Source: Elusimicrobiota bacterium (GTDB lineage Bacteria; Elusimicrobiota; Elusimicrobia; JACQPE01). Taken from it: a stretch of DNA of 64,000 bases. Both the position numbers and the translations under genes were made by a program. The DNA lies in NCBI GenBank assembly GCA_042563375.1, contig JBHPMF010000005.1:3568-67567 (forward strand), written 5' to 3'. A model generated the notes under the pieces. The model saw only the letters and a list, made by a program, of their open reading frames with translations, was not told the origin of the DNA and did no database searches. This document shows positions 49,141 through 58,039 of this stretch, piece by piece; positions within the stretch are counted from its first letter, which is position 1, and each line of letters starts with the position of its first letter.

Positions 49141-50187
49141 ATGAAAAATAAAATATTAGCAGCAATGATTGCTGCAGTGATTGGTGCAGTTCTTGCGGCA
49201 AATCCGCTATTTGCATTATCAGATAAAAGTCTTTTTGACAATGCGATCAATGTGTTTGGAGAAAGCAGAACCGCCAAAACAAAGGTCAAACCTGTTCGAT
49301 CCGATCTCCCCGACGCTCTCAAGCGAAAAGCGAATTACCAATTGCAAAAAGGCATTGAAAATGACAGCGTGTTCATGGTCAAGGCTGCTCTTGTCTCCGG
49401 CGCTGATGCTGATCTTGTATATGGGGGATACGGTATGACCGCTCTGATGTACTCTCTGCATAATAAATGCAAGATAAAGATATCCACTCTGTTGATCAGC
49501 TATGGCGCTGACGTAAACGCCAAAGACGATTATGGCAGAACACCCTTGATGCATGCGCTCAGGCAGGACTATCTAGAAGCAGCAAAGCTCTTGATCGAGA
49601 GCGGCTCCGATGTAAACGCAAAGAGTAATAAAGGGCAAACACCCTTGATGTACACGGCGGGTTACTTGAGTTATCCAAACCGGGGCCTCCGCCAAAGACT
49701 CGAGGTTGTAAAAATATTGCTAGAAAACGGAGCAAAAGTCAATGAAAAAGATAACGAAGGCACAACCACGCTGATGATGGCTATACATGTAGGATATGCG
49801 GCTCGTTTTTCCTGGTTGTTGATCGATAATGGCGCTGATGTGAACGCGAAAGACAACGACTCACTGACAGCCTTGATGTTAGCTGCTTGGGGGCCCGATC
49901 CGGACACAGCAAGGCTGTTGTTAACGCGTGGCGCTGACGTGCACGCCAGAGATAGTTTGGGACGCACCGCTCTGATGCATGCCGTGCAAACTATATCCGA
50001 TTTCCCCTCTCAGGTTGAAGAGATATCTGACGTTGTATTTATTTTGATCTACAATGGCATTAATATAAATGCGCGCGACCTGAAAGACCGCACAGCTCTT
50101 ACATACGCTAAGGACAATTGGCGCAACAGCTCAACAGATTACCATAAAGTCGTCAAGATCTTAGTCGATAATGGAGCGCAAGAGTAG
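49141..50187 (+). CDS. Exported ankyrin-repeat protein
   Basis: Signal peptide MKNKILAAMIAAVIGAVLAANPLFA. Multiple G.T[AP]LM.A......[IV]..LL..GA[DK]VNA units. Strong Shine-Dalgarno AAAGGAG. Confidence 0.9.
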   Translation: MKNKILAAMIAAVIGAVLAANPLFALSDKSLFDNAINVFGESRTAKTKVKPVRSDLPDALKRKANYQLQKGIENDSVFMVKAALVSGADADLVYGGYGMTALMYSLHNKCKIKISTLLISYGADVNAKDDYGRTPLMHALRQDYLEAAKLLIESGSDVNAKSNKGQTPLMYTAGYLSYPNRGLRQRLEVVKILLENGAKVNEKDNEGTTTLMMAIHVGYAARFSWLLIDNGADVNAKDNDSLTALMLAAWGPDPDTARLLLTRGADVHARDSLGRTALMHAVQTISDFPSQVEEISDVVFILIYNGININARDLKDRTALTYAKDNWRNSSTDYHKVVKILVDNGAQE

Positions 50188-50266
50188 CAGTTAATGGATA
50201 AAAAATCAGCAAATCATAATGGCTCTGCTGAGTATTTTCGAAATCCAAACAAGGAGACAATATAAC

Positions 50267-51415
50267 ATGAATAGGATCATTTCTTTCGGTATCGTAATGC
50301 TTTTCGCGGTTCCCGCAATAGCGGCGAGGACTGGGGACCATGCCAAGGTTGGCAAGTTCTTTGATGGGACTGCTCAAGTCAACGCTGAGGACTCATGTTT
50401 CGATCCGGACAAATATAACATCAACGACATAAACAGGATATTGATGACAGCGGCCGCAGATGGTGACATGAAGAATGTGCGATGCGCATTGGCCGCAGGA
50501 GCCAATGTGAATGCCAGTCTCAATGAATTCACCGAGAAGGGCTATACAGCCTTGATGTTGGCCGTCAGCAATGAGCACCCTGACATCGTCAGCCTGCTGA
50601 TCGACAACGGAGCTGATGTGGATGCCGCAGACAGCGCCGGCAAGACAGCGTTGGCACATGCGACGAAAGAGGGGTCCCTTGAACTCTCAAAACTACTGGT
50701 TAACAATGGCGCTGGCGTGAACAAGGAGGACTATTACGGCAACACAGCCTTGATGTATGCGGCGTATGAGGGATTCGCCGGGATTGCCTCGTTATTGCTA
50801 GACAATGGCGCTGATGTGAACGCGGACAATGAAGCTGGCAGTACAGCCTTGATATATGCAGCGAGACAGGATTCTATTGATATCACAAGGCTTTTGATTG
50901 ACAGCGGCGCTGATCTGGACAAGAAGAACAACCGTGGCAACACAGCATTGATATATGCGGCAAGCAAGGGCTATTATGCCACAGCCGGGCTTTTGATCAA
51001 CAGCGGCGCTAATGTATCAGCAGGGAACCGCCATGAAAAAACAGCGCTGATCTTTACGGCAGAACATGGCCATATTGACATTGCGAAACTTCTGATCAAC
51101 AATGGCGCTAATGTGAACGTGGGAGATGATTTTGGCAAAACAGCGTTGATATACGCATCAGAGAAAGGCTTTGTCAAAACCGTTGGATTCCTGATCGACA
51201 ATGGCGCTAATGTGAATGCAAGAGGTCGTGCCGGTAAAACAGCGCTGATAGAAGCCTCTCTTAATGACCGCTACGAGCCCGTCAGGCTCTTGATCGCCAG
51301 CAATGCGAGCGTGAACATTCGGGACAATCTCGGCAGGACAGCCTTAACATGCGCTGTTCTTAAAGGGTATAGCCCTATTGTCCGGCTGCTTAAAGAGGCA
51401 GGCGGAAAAATATAA
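50267..51415 (+). CDS. Exported ankyrin-repeat protein
   Basis: Start set at the ATG after AAGGAGA (MNRIISFGIVMLFAVPAIAA). About 9 ankyrin units (GNTALMYAA..G...IA.LLLDNGADVNA). Confidence 0.9.
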   Translation: MNRIISFGIVMLFAVPAIAARTGDHAKVGKFFDGTAQVNAEDSCFDPDKYNINDINRILMTAAADGDMKNVRCALAAGANVNASLNEFTEKGYTALMLAVSNEHPDIVSLLIDNGADVDAADSAGKTALAHATKEGSLELSKLLVNNGAGVNKEDYYGNTALMYAAYEGFAGIASLLLDNGADVNADNEAGSTALIYAARQDSIDITRLLIDSGADLDKKNNRGNTALIYAASKGYYATAGLLINSGANVSAGNRHEKTALIFTAEHGHIDIAKLLINNGANVNVGDDFGKTALIYASEKGFVKTVGFLIDNGANVNARGRAGKTALIEASLNDRYEPVRLLIASNASVNIRDNLGRTALTCAVLKGYSPIVRLLKEAGGKI

Positions 51416-52249
51416 ATGAAATTAAGAATATCAGCAGTCTTGTGCATTTTATCTGCGCTTATGCTATTCACTGTTGGAGCAGGAGTTTGTGGACAGAATG
51501 ACTGCATCTTGGGTTTCTTTGAATATGATGCCGCGGGGTTTCCCAAATATTTCATCCTGAACAAGAAGCGCAAGCTCGAGACCGGCGCATATATCCACCT
51601 GGAAGCGACCTGCCACGAAGACGGGCATTGTATCCCAGCCGCGGTGATATTCGAGAGGGTTGACCCGAAGACAGGAGCCCTCTATCAGACCGAATGGGCC
51701 GCCATACCATACCACCTTGGTTGTCATAAGCAGTGGAACTACGAGAAGCCCGAGTGCGTTCTATATCAGGCGTTCGCCTTCAGGTTCCATCGCCGCGACA
51801 TAAGGGAATACGCGGAGCCAGTCCATGCTACATACTCAGAAAAACACAACTTCATCTTGACCAATGAGCGATTACTGCGCGAGAATGGATGGAAATTGTC
51901 AAGCGATATAGACGGTCTGCTCGTCTGGCACAACACCGAATACCTTCGCTATGACAACATACACATACTCTACGCGTTAACGCGCCTCCTCAAAGGCATG
52001 GAATGCACGCAATGGGGCTGTAAGCACGCGTACATATTGGCGAATCTGGACATTCTTAAAAAGAACGGCTGGACAGTAAGCAATAGCAGAAGATTCAATG
52101 ATATCGAGATCTGCAATGCGAATGGACTCGAGGAAGACAATGTCAATTCCATATACGAGCTGGTCCTGGCGCTGAAAAATCAGGGATCACAAGGGAAAGC
52201 CAATGAGCGCTCCGCTCTCCCCAGGGGAACTGACTCAGGGTGCAGGTAA
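51416..52249 (+). CDS. Exported hypothetical protein (Cys-rich)
   Basis: The ATG directly follows the TAA of the upstream gene. Signal-like N-terminus MKLRISAVLCILSALMLFTVGAG. No recognisable domain. Confidence 0.6.
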   Translation: MKLRISAVLCILSALMLFTVGAGVCGQNDCILGFFEYDAAGFPKYFILNKKRKLETGAYIHLEATCHEDGHCIPAAVIFERVDPKTGALYQTEWAAIPYHLGCHKQWNYEKPECVLYQAFAFRFHRRDIREYAEPVHATYSEKHNFILTNERLLRENGWKLSSDIDGLLVWHNTEYLRYDNIHILYALTRLLKGMECTQWGCKHAYILANLDILKKNGWTVSNSRRFNDIEICNANGLEEDNVNSIYELVLALKNQGSQGKANERSALPRGTDSGCR

Positions 52250-52288
52250 AAGGACAATCAGGTCAATTATTATAAAGGAGAAAAACAA

Positions 52289-52993
52289 ATGAAAAACAAA
52301 ATATTAGCAGTAACGCTTGTTGCATTCGCGTGCTCTATAGCGTTGAATGCGATGGCAATGAACATGGAAACAGACCTAAAAGCCATGGCAAAAGACGCCG
52401 GGCTCGAGGTGGCGCAGGAGAATACGCCGATCGCCCCAAAGGAAGTGGATGAGAAGGCTGATGCACAGCAGAACGGGCCTGTGTCAGAGAGTGAACAGGA
52501 TACCAGCTATTTCAGCCAGCTTAAAGGTATGTATGAAAAAGGCTCGCTTCCCACGACAAAAGAATTAAAAGGATGGTTCGCGGGAAGGTGTTATTGGGGT
52601 AACTATCCTGACCGCGCTGCTGGAGGCATACTCATGGGTGTAAGGAAAAAAAGGACAAAGCAGAACGGCCCGCTTTTTCCGCCATATGAGTTCAAGTTAA
52701 TGACATTTTACGATACATCCGACAATCCGGATATCTATGACAATATGACAGATAAGGATAAATGCGAAATGGCTGAGATGGCGGATCCATTGTTTTCTGG
52801 GCATGAGCTGGTTAAGGAAATTGACGCAAGTCTGATGACGCGAAGTCTGGATCCAGAGGCAATTGCCGAATTCAGGGTCCGTAAGTATGAAGATTATTTC
52901 GTCGAAATCGGCATAGCTCTGAAGGATGTCCAGGGCATCAAGACAGGAGAAATCTTCATGGCGTGCTACTACTTCAAGAAAGTGCGGAATTGA
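52289..52993 (+). CDS. Exported hypothetical protein
   Basis: Signal peptide MKNKILAVTLVAFACSIALNAMA. Shares a 21-nt RBS/start cassette with 49141 and 53481. Confidence 0.65.
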   Translation: MKNKILAVTLVAFACSIALNAMAMNMETDLKAMAKDAGLEVAQENTPIAPKEVDEKADAQQNGPVSESEQDTSYFSQLKGMYEKGSLPTTKELKGWFAGRCYWGNYPDRAAGGILMGVRKKRTKQNGPLFPPYEFKLMTFYDTSDNPDIYDNMTDKDKCEMAEMADPLFSGHELVKEIDASLMTRSLDPEAIAEFRVRKYEDYFVEIGIALKDVQGIKTGEIFMACYYFKKVRN

Positions 52994-53016
52994 GGATTAA
53001 ACAAGGAGATAGCAAT

Positions 53017-53454
53017 ATGAAAAAAACAATAGTGATAACGCTGATTACAGTCTTTGGCATGGGAGCGTTCGTGGACGCCTTGAAAGCCGAGTCATTGTGC
53101 ACGCATCGCACAAGCCCTGAGGTGTTCGAGATGTTCTTGGATGCCAAGCCGGAGCCGGGTCCCTACGACCTGGGTCAAGCCAAAGCAGAGGCGCAGCGCT
53201 TTGCTGTCATAGCCAGAGAACGCGGATATACAGATGTTTACTGGCAAGCCAGGCCGTATCTACTGAGTTTTTCCGCATGCGTGTTTTTTGCCCAGGATAC
53301 GCCAGTGCCGGATAAAACGCTCAGAGGCCTGATGGGAAGATTCGGCGCTCTCATAAAGGAGATTAAATCCGTAGTCAATCAGATATTAGCGCACGAGGAC
53401 AGGACTGATGAAGCGGTAAGACGCGTTGAGGAAGGGCTTCGCGAATTAAGATAG
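53017..53454 (+). CDS. Exported hypothetical protein
   Basis: Start set at the ATG after AAGGAGA (MKKTIVITLITVFGMGAFVDALKA). No recognisable domain. Confidence 0.6.
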   Translation: MKKTIVITLITVFGMGAFVDALKAESLCTHRTSPEVFEMFLDAKPEPGPYDLGQAKAEAQRFAVIARERGYTDVYWQARPYLLSFSACVFFAQDTPVPDKTLRGLMGRFGALIKEIKSVVNQILAHEDRTDEAVRRVEEGLRELR

Positions 53455-53480
53455 GGTCTCTTGATAAAGGAGAAAAACAA

Positions 53481-53978
53481 ATGAAACAAATGATAGTTGC
53501 GGTGATCGGTGCGGTTCTTGTCGTTAATCCATTGTTCGCGATGGAGGATGCTGAGTCTGATCGCGCTATTGAAGGGCTTCAAGCTCTTAATGTTTCTTTT
53601 GATAAAGGCATGATAAAGCCGGATGCGGGCAAGTATCCTGTGAAGATTGACTATGAAAGTGTTTCTTTCGCGAAAGATGGAAGATCAGAAGAGCCGGCAG
53701 GTAATAATACTGCAACCCCTGCGAAGCCCGAAAGCGAGAATAATGAGAAGCAGGCTCCGGAGAATCTCAAATATTTGAAGATTGCCGGACGCGCTGCATT
53801 TGGCGCTGTGGCAGGGGGCACTATCGGAGGCATGATCGCCATGACATTCGGAGAGAAGGCAAGGCCATGGATATATTCATGCGCTTTGTTGGGCGCGACT
53901 TTCGGGCTTTTATATACGGATAAAGGGAGCAGGGAACCGTTATTTTCCAACATTTCGGAAGATACCGGGCAAGAATAA
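53481..53978 (+). CDS. Exported/membrane hypothetical protein with a Gly-zipper C-terminal helix
   Basis: Signal peptide MKQMIVAVIGAVLVVNPLFA. C-terminal GRAAFGAVAGGTIGGMIAMTFG hydrophobic glycine-rich segment. Confidence 0.6.
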   Translation: MKQMIVAVIGAVLVVNPLFAMEDAESDRAIEGLQALNVSFDKGMIKPDAGKYPVKIDYESVSFAKDGRSEEPAGNNTATPAKPESENNEKQAPENLKYLKIAGRAAFGAVAGGTIGGMIAMTFGEKARPWIYSCALLGATFGLLYTDKGSREPLFSNISEDTGQE

Positions 53979-54078
53979 AGAAGATCTGCATAGAATTGCG
54001 GTTCTGGATCCCGGTCCCTAAAGAGGACCCGCGTCTCTAATAATTTAGAAGCAGGATCACGTCCGGGATGACAGAAAA

Positions 54079-54629
54079 AAGATTTCCGGGGGCAAAATAA
54101 GCGCCCTGCCCCAAGGCGCTACGCGCCACTTATAGCTTATAGCTTATGGCTTATGGCTAGGTGGAAGTTCTTTAAGGCGCTGCGCGCCACTTATGGCTTA
54201 TGGCTAGGTGGAAGTTCTTTGAGGCGCTGCGCGCTATTGAAAGATTTCCGGGGGCAAAATAAGCGCCCTGCCCCCGGAATTAATTTAAAAGAGCCGGGAT
54301 TTACGCCCGGCTCTTTTTATTTTTTCCGGCTCTTCCGGTTCCCGTTCCGGCAGCCGCGCCCTTCTGCGAAGCGATCCCGCACAGCGGGATAGGGTGCGTT
54401 CTGCTCTGCTTCTGTGGTAGCCTCAGGCTTTCCTGTGGTGAGCGAGTTGCGAGTCGAATCCAAGCCTGTGTCTGCATGAAGAACTACATTTTCAAAGGAA
54501 CGCACGCTGAAGCATGCGGCTACCAAATAAGGGCGAAAGACGCACCCATAAAGAGTGCGGCTACCATATAAAGAAAATACCTGCCAGCCATAGGCCATAA
54601 GCTATAAGCTATAAGTGGCGCGTAGCGCC
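54079..54629. repeat. Composite MITE-like repeat region
   Basis: A direct repeat aagatttccgggggcaaaataagcgccctgcccc occurs at 54079-54112 and 54241-54275. There is a tandem duplicate of gccacttatggcttatggctaggtggaagttcttt.aggcgctgcgc. An inverted repeat of about 40 nt, ggcgctacgcgccacttatagcttatagcttatggc, lies at 54115-54150 versus 54587-54629. Internal (AGCTTAT)n heptamer repeats and GGTAGCC-type hairpins are present. Confidence 0.7.
54287..54325. terminator. Intrinsic-terminator-like hairpin (bidirectional)
   Basis: aaaagagccggg-atttacg-cccggctctttt forms a 12-bp stem, flanked by an A-run upstream and a T-run (tttttatttttt) downstream. Confidence 0.55.
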
Positions 54630-54668
54630 CCGGGGCATCTATTATAGTATCCCCCCTTTTTATAGACT

Positions 54669-56696
54669 TTGAGTATGCGATTGAGAAGATCATTGATCAC
54701 AGCTTGTATTTTTGCGGTCTCTGTGAACGTATTCGCTGCTGAAGAAGATTTATTGACAACATGCAGCAATCTCATAATTGAAGGCATACCTGAAGTTCCG
54801 CGGGAACTTAAAGTACACATGAATCAGTACCAGAATATCAGATACGCATCATTCCTCGATTGGGATATCAACGGCAAGGGCATTCTCATTGCTTCCCGTT
54901 TCGCTCAAACAAACCAGATCCATAGAGTGCTTATGCCCGGCGGAGCACGAAAGCAATTAACATTCTCCATGGAGCCTGTTGTCGGCGGGAAGTATTGCCC
55001 TGATCCGCAGCGCAATGGATTTTTATTCCGGATGGACAGCGCCGGTAATGAAGTGTACCAGATCTATTATTTTGACATGGATGCCAATAAATACAGAAAG
55101 CTCACAAGCGGCAATTCAGAGCACTTAACTCCGATCTGGTCGAACAAGGGTCACAGATTCGCGTTTTCCGCGAACACCGAGGGCAATGCGGATTTTGATA
55201 TTTATGTGATGGACCCGTTCGGGAAAAACGGACAATCCCTTATTCTGGATGCACAAGGATATTGGTTCCCTGTTGACTGGTCTCCTGATGATTCTAAGCT
55301 GCTTGTGATGAATTATGTATCAGCCAATGAATCGTATTATCATATTATTGACATTCAAACAGGCGAGCCGCAGATTTTATTCCCCATCATACCTGATAAA
55401 ATAATGGCTTTCGGGGATGCGAAGTTCTCAAAAGACGGCAAAGGTATTTATTATGTGTCAGACCAGTGGGGTGAGTTCCTGCAATTAAGATATATCGACT
55501 TGACCACCCGCGACGTAAAACCTGTGTCAGCGCATATTCCATGGGATGTTGAAGGGCTAGCCCTTTCAAATAATGGCAAATACCTGGCTTTTATAACCAA
55601 TGAAAACGGTATAAGCAAACTTCATATTCTCAATACTAAAAACTCGAAGGAGATCGATTTGCCTGAGATGCCTCAAGGCTTGATAAAGCATATTGAGTTC
55701 AGCCCTGAGAGTTCAAAGCTTGGATTTAGCATGCAGACTTCCTTGTCGCCATCTGATGTCTACAGCTTTAAAGTCGGGGGCAAGAAACTGACGCGCTGGA
55801 CAACAAGCGAGACCGGAGGGCTCAGCACAGAGAAATTCATCAGCCCTGATCTTATTTATTATCCGACTTTTGACAATGTCGTGGGAAAGAGGCGCGAGAT
55901 CCCGGCTTTTTATTATAAGCCGAAAACCGCGGGTCCGCATCCTGTGGCGATCTATATCCATGGGGGCCCTGAGATCCAATTCCGCCCGGAATTCATGCCT
56001 AAGTTCCAATACTGGCTTGATGAGCTTGGTATCGCGATATTAGCGCCTAATGTTAGAGGCTCTGAAGGCTATGGTAAAAGTTATCTTAAACTTGACAATG
56101 GCATGAAAAGAGAGGATTCTGTTAAGGATGTAGGAGCGCTTCTGTATTGGATCGCGGGCAGGCCTGAGCTTGACCCTAAACGCGTTGGATTAACAGGAGC
56201 TTCGTATGGAGGTTATATGGTGCTCTCCGCCATGGCGCATTTCAATGACAGAGTTAGGGCGGGCGCGCAGCAGGTGGGCATCAGTAACTTTGCCACATAT
56301 CTCGAGAATACAAAAACGTACAGGCAGGATCTGCGAAGAGCGGAATACGGCGATGAAAGAGATGTTGCCATGCGTGAATTCCTGGAATCAATTTCCCCTA
56401 CAAAGCAGGCATCGAACATAAGGAAGCCGCTTTTTATCGCGCATGGAATGAATGATCCCAGAGTGCCGGTTGAAGAAGCAAAGCAGATAATCAGCGCTGT
56501 GAGCAAGAATGATATTGATGTCTGGACCATGATCGCAAAAGATGAAGGACATAGGTTCAATAAGAAAAAAAACAAGGATTTTCTCGAGCAAGCGCAGGTG
56601 CTTTTCTGGCTGAAATTTTTGCTGGAGCCGGATGAAGCTCAGGATAATGCGTTGGATCCTGAGAAAAGTGTTTTGCCCGGCATGAGCGAGCAATAG
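54669..56696 (+). CDS. S9-family serine peptidase (prolyl oligopeptidase / dipeptidyl aminopeptidase type) with N-terminal beta-propeller
   Basis: Catalytic triad context GASYGGYM (Ser), HGMNDPRVP (Asp), DEGHRF (His). The N-terminal half has TolB-like WSPD repeats. Signal peptide present. The track start is TTG 54669; ATG 54675 is an alternative. Confidence 0.85.
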   Translation: MSMRLRRSLITACIFAVSVNVFAAEEDLLTTCSNLIIEGIPEVPRELKVHMNQYQNIRYASFLDWDINGKGILIASRFAQTNQIHRVLMPGGARKQLTFSMEPVVGGKYCPDPQRNGFLFRMDSAGNEVYQIYYFDMDANKYRKLTSGNSEHLTPIWSNKGHRFAFSANTEGNADFDIYVMDPFGKNGQSLILDAQGYWFPVDWSPDDSKLLVMNYVSANESYYHIIDIQTGEPQILFPIIPDKIMAFGDAKFSKDGKGIYYVSDQWGEFLQLRYIDLTTRDVKPVSAHIPWDVEGLALSNNGKYLAFITNENGISKLHILNTKNSKEIDLPEMPQGLIKHIEFSPESSKLGFSMQTSLSPSDVYSFKVGGKKLTRWTTSETGGLSTEKFISPDLIYYPTFDNVVGKRREIPAFYYKPKTAGPHPVAIYIHGGPEIQFRPEFMPKFQYWLDELGIAILAPNVRGSEGYGKSYLKLDNGMKREDSVKDVGALLYWIAGRPELDPKRVGLTGASYGGYMVLSAMAHFNDRVRAGAQQVGISNFATYLENTKTYRQDLRRAEYGDERDVAMREFLESISPTKQASNIRKPLFIAHGMNDPRVPVEEAKQIISAVSKNDIDVWTMIAKDEGHRFNKKKNKDFLEQAQVLFWLKFLLEPDEAQDNALDPEKSVLPGMSEQ

Positions 56697-56720
56697 ATTT
56701 AGATCAGACAAGGAGGTAAT

Positions 56721-57218
56721 ATGGCAGAGGAGTTCTCATTCGATGTTGTGTCAAAGGTTGATTTGCAGGGAGTGGAAGACGCGGTGAATACCGCTAACAG
56801 GGAAATTTCAACGCGTTTTGATTTCAGGGGAAGTGCGTCAAAACTGGACTTTAATAAAAAAGACGGCATTGTAACGCTTGCCTCTGACGATGAGGGCAAG
56901 CTCAAAAGCGTCACTGATATCTATATAAACCGTCTTATAAAAAGAAGCGTGCCCTTGAAGAATATGGATTATCAGAAAATAGAGCCTGCTGAAGGCGGCA
57001 CTGTAAGACAGCAGGTGAAGATCGTGCAGGGAGTCGCGACTGAGATCGCTAAAAAAATCGTTCAGGAAATAAAAGGCATGAAATTAAAGGTCCAGCCCGC
57101 CATACAATCCGAGCAGATAAGAGTCACCGCAAGATCAAAGAACGACCTGCAGACAGTGATAGTGAATTTAAAAGCCAAAGATTACGGCATTGACCTGCAG
57201 TTCGTGAATTACAGGTAA
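56721..57218 (+). CDS. yajQ: YajQ-family (UPF0234) nucleotide-binding protein
   Basis: SFDVVSKVDLQ.V.DAVN.A.REI.TRFDF[RK]G opening and a size of 165 aa are characteristic. Shine-Dalgarno AAGGAGG. Confidence 0.85.
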   Translation: MAEEFSFDVVSKVDLQGVEDAVNTANREISTRFDFRGSASKLDFNKKDGIVTLASDDEGKLKSVTDIYINRLIKRSVPLKNMDYQKIEPAEGGTVRQQVKIVQGVATEIAKKIVQEIKGMKLKVQPAIQSEQIRVTARSKNDLQTVIVNLKAKDYGIDLQFVNYR

Positions 57219-57236
57219 AGAAGCCCCTCTTTCTTT

Positions 57237-57317
57237 GGTAGTCGCAGGTCTTCAGCCTGCGTTCCTTTGAAAATGGAATTCTTAATAAAAGACGCAGGAT
57301 GAAGATCTGCGACTACC
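57237..57317. repeat. REP hairpin pair between convergent genes (likely bidirectional terminator)
   Basis: ggtagtcgcag (57237-57247) and ctgcgactacc (57307-57317) form a perfect 11-bp inverted repeat. Each arm also contains a local hairpin. Confidence 0.7.
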
Positions 57318-57329
57318 GGAATAGAATGA

Positions 57330-57923
57330 TCAAAACGTGAACTGGACGCCTACATTAAGCTTGATGCCTGTGTAGTTCATTTCAAAAGGTCTTTCCCCGG
57401 CGGTTATCGCGCTATTCAATGATTTGATATTGACTTCTTCGCTTCCCGGGAGCTGAGAGTCTGCTTTCATGATAAGCTGGCTTAGATCGCTCTCATATTC
57501 GTCGATCGTTGCCATAGGCACCCTTAGCTCGGTCACAACCGATAAGAACTTGTGGAATTTCCACTGCCACCCTGAATACATGTGCCACCCTATGCCGCTG
57601 GCTTTAAAATCCTGAGTTGATTTGGATCCGGTTGTTGAAAAAAGATACTTAACTTTTGCCATATAATAATCAAGGCCCGCTCCGATCCTTAAGCTATGCA
57701 TTCCCGTGCGCTCGATCGGAAATTTATAGTAAAGGCTTACCGGTATGGCGTAGTAGCTTGGCTGAAGCTTGAGGTAAGTGTCTTTGGCTGTGGTTATCGT
57801 GTATTTTTCAGTGAAGGTCTCTGTCCTGTCGTACGTGAGTCCTGTAAAAGCTCCAATTGAGCGCTTGCCGGTAAAATTTCTTTCAAAGCCTATGCGCAGT
57901 TCACCGCCTCCGCCATTGTGCAT
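57330..57923 (-). CDS. Outer-membrane beta-barrel-like domain (probably the C-terminal part of a longer protein)
   Basis: Alternating amphipathic strands and a C-terminal GVQFTF (terminal Phe), typical of OMPs. The annotated N-terminus has no signal peptide, and the frame stays open upstream across 57924-58110 without a start codon. Confidence 0.6.
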   Translation of the reverse strand: MHNGGGGELRIGFERNFTGKRSIGAFTGLTYDRTETFTEKYTITTAKDTYLKLQPSYYAIPVSLYYKFPIERTGMHSLRIGAGLDYYMAKVKYLFSTTGSKSTQDFKASGIGWHMYSGWQWKFHKFLSVVTELRVPMATIDEYESDLSQLIMKADSQLPGSEEVNIKSLNSAITAGERPFEMNYTGIKLNVGVQFTF

Positions 57924-58039
57924 TGAAATGGCGCGCGCGGGCCTGGATTTGGTGATCTTATTGTAGCCTTCGATGTTGGGGTCATTGCCGTCGATGGAAG
58001 AATACGCTCCCAGAAGCGCGAGAGTGAAGCTCCACCTAT

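Noticed and set aside
54153-54598. ORFs 54153-54392 (+) and 54317-54598 (-) in the spacer before the S9 peptidase
   Set aside because: They are made of direct and inverted repeats and hairpins, overlap each other, and show no RBS or domain signal.
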